Below are positions 23,825-24,919 of a DNA stretch of 24,919 bases, one piece after another. This DNA comes from a virus (Duplodnaviria; Caudoviricetes). The notes beneath the pieces are model-generated. The model made no database searches and was not told where the DNA came from. It saw only the letters and a program-made list of their open reading frames with translations. Numbering within the stretch: the stretch's first letter is position 1; each line of letters starts with the position of its first letter. The position numbers were made by a program, and so were the translations under genes. The stretch spans positions 1 to 24,919 of the IMG/VR virus record IMGVR_UViG_3300030372_004366; one strand, written 5' to 3'.

Positions 23825-24073
23825 TTACATTTTCAGTCTGCTACGTCTATTTATTGAGGGAGATTGAAGTCTGCCTTTAGTGGTACTTCCTTTAAAGTGA
23901 GCAGCATCTTTGCCATCACCATTTCCGTAGGTACCAAGTTTTCTATTTAAACGATTAGCGTTAATTCTGATACGTTTACCTTTAGGTGTTCCGTTATATT
24001 TTCTTTGTTGTACTCGTCTTCTTTCTCTAGCTTTAAGATTATTTCTGTAATAGTTAGCGGTACTGCTTGCCAT
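23825..24073 (-). CDS. Small basic protein, possibly degenerate HNH-like
   Basis: Arg/Lys-rich; GDGKDAAH...GRLQSPSINR resembles a reduced D-x-x-H...N-R motif. Confidence 0.7.
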   Translation of the reverse strand: MASSTANYYRNNLKARERRRVQQRKYNGTPKGKRIRINANRLNRKLGTYGNGDGKDAAHFKGSTTKGRLQSPSINRRSRLKM

Positions 24074-24299
24074 GTACTCTCTCCGCGATAATTTCTGGAT
24101 CTATCTGTGGCATTACAGCTGCAAGTTTTGATAAAGGACTACCTTCAAATGCAACACCTGATATGTCATTTGTTTTAAGCCAATCGCAGGCTGCTTTTAA
24201 ATCTTGAGTTGTTGCCTCGCCACTTCGGACTCTTTTTAAGAATTCATCAGTAACGAGATTATGTAATTCATTGAATTGGTCTTCAGTGGCTTTCTTCAT
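24054..24299 (-). CDS. Terminase small subunit (T7 gp18-like DNA maturase A)
   Basis: KATEDQFNELH...GEATTQDLKAACDWLKTNDI pattern; upstream of terminase large subunit. Confidence 0.82.
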   Translation of the reverse strand: MKKATEDQFNELHNLVTDEFLKRVRSGEATTQDLKAACDWLKTNDISGVAFEGSPLSKLAAVMPQIDPEIIAERVHGKQYR

Positions 24300-24467
24300 T
24301 TATTCTTCCTTTAATCCGGGAAATAAGTTTTTCTTAATTAGCTTTACAGCTTGGTCATCAATCGTATTATCAGTACTTTCGGCATATGCCTCTAATAATG
24401 AGATCACAAGTTCCTTGACTGCGTTTGAAGTAAGGAATGCCATTAGGATGGGTTTGATAATAATCAT
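24300..24467 (-). CDS. Small amphipathic protein (55 aa), possible holin
   Basis: MIIIKPILMAFLTSNAVKELVISLLEAYAESTDNTIDDQAVKLIKKNLFPGLKEE; position of T7 gp17.5 before small terminase. Function by position only. Confidence 0.7.
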   Translation of the reverse strand: MIIIKPILMAFLTSNAVKELVISLLEAYAESTDNTIDDQAVKLIKKNLFPGLKEE

Positions 24468-24919
24468 TTAAAATAATCCGAATTTCTTTTTAGGTTTTTT
24501 AGGTTGTAAGGCTGATATTGGTACGACGTCGTGGCACATCACATATAGCTTGGATTTAGGATGCAGGGTAAAGCCCTTTTGCATAATTTCTGCACATTTG
24601 ATTGCACGAGTCAACTCGTAGTCCAGCCTCATTTTTTCTTCTACTCTTTTGGCAATACGTTTGCATTGCTTTAAAGCTTCTCTATCTAGGGGAACCATAA
24701 AATTTAATTGCATCCCCCAGTTCTCTCCTTTGGTATAAGAGTCTTGTCTTAAAGAACCAGTATCCTCATTGAATGATCTAGGTTCTGTATGATTACCCAT
24801 ATAGAAAGGTGAGAACGTCATTGTGCTGCCATTACAGCTCACATTAGGACCAAAATATTGTCTACTTTGTGCTCCATTATTCTGAAATTGGACAGCTTGA
24901 TTGGTTACATTTCCAGTCG
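24468..24919 (-). CDS. Conserved cyanophage hypothetical protein, 3' part (start lies beyond the window)
   Basis: Frame stays open to the window edge: TGNVTNQAVQFQNNGAQSRQYFGPNVSCNGSTMTFSPFY...RLDYELTRAIKCAE. Confidence 0.8.
   Translation of the reverse strand, partial: TGNVTNQAVQFQNNGAQSRQYFGPNVSCNGSTMTFSPFYMGNHTEPRSFNEDTGSLRQDSYTKGENWGMQLNFMVPLDREALKQCKRIAKRVEEKMRLDYELTRAIKCAEIMQKGFTLHPKSKLYVMCHDVVPISALQPKKPKKKFGLF

Noticed and set aside
2116-24471. All plus-strand ORFs and short nested minus-strand ORFs in the track (for example 2120-2302, 6237-6560, 20823-21281, 20869-21222, 24271-24471)
   Set aside because: They lie within well-supported genes, have no recognisable motifs, and T7-like genomes are transcribed from one strand.

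Overview
About half of a T7-like marine cyanopodovirus genome (Autographiviridae-type, P-SSP7-like gene order, AT-rich, most likely infecting Prochlorococcus or marine Synechococcus). Every credible gene is on the minus strand. The contig is circularly permuted: read in the direction of transcription (right to left) it shows the end of the late region (holin-like ORF, small terminase, HNH genes, a 474-aa orphan, large terminase, talC), a ~0.7-kb non-coding genome-end junction (~18.74-19.43 kb), the early region of small ORFs interleaved with structured RNA elements, an RHH/MarR/integrase/attP module, the replication block (RNAP, SSB, endonuclease, primase-helicase, a split DNA polymerase, exonuclease, an NblA-like gene, DUF3310, MazG-like, two-subunit RNR), then portal, scaffold, two tiny basic proteins, hli and the 5' part of psbA. 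Most notable: an NblA-like gene overlapping both neighbours, an attP made of the 5' half of a CAT-anticodon tRNA with a terminator placed to shield the RNAP gene, a 21-bp motif shared by attP and the genome termini, two tRNA-like T-loop minihelix elements ahead of early genes, and a polymerase split into two overlapping frames. All protein calls rest on motif recognition and gene order, not on database searches.
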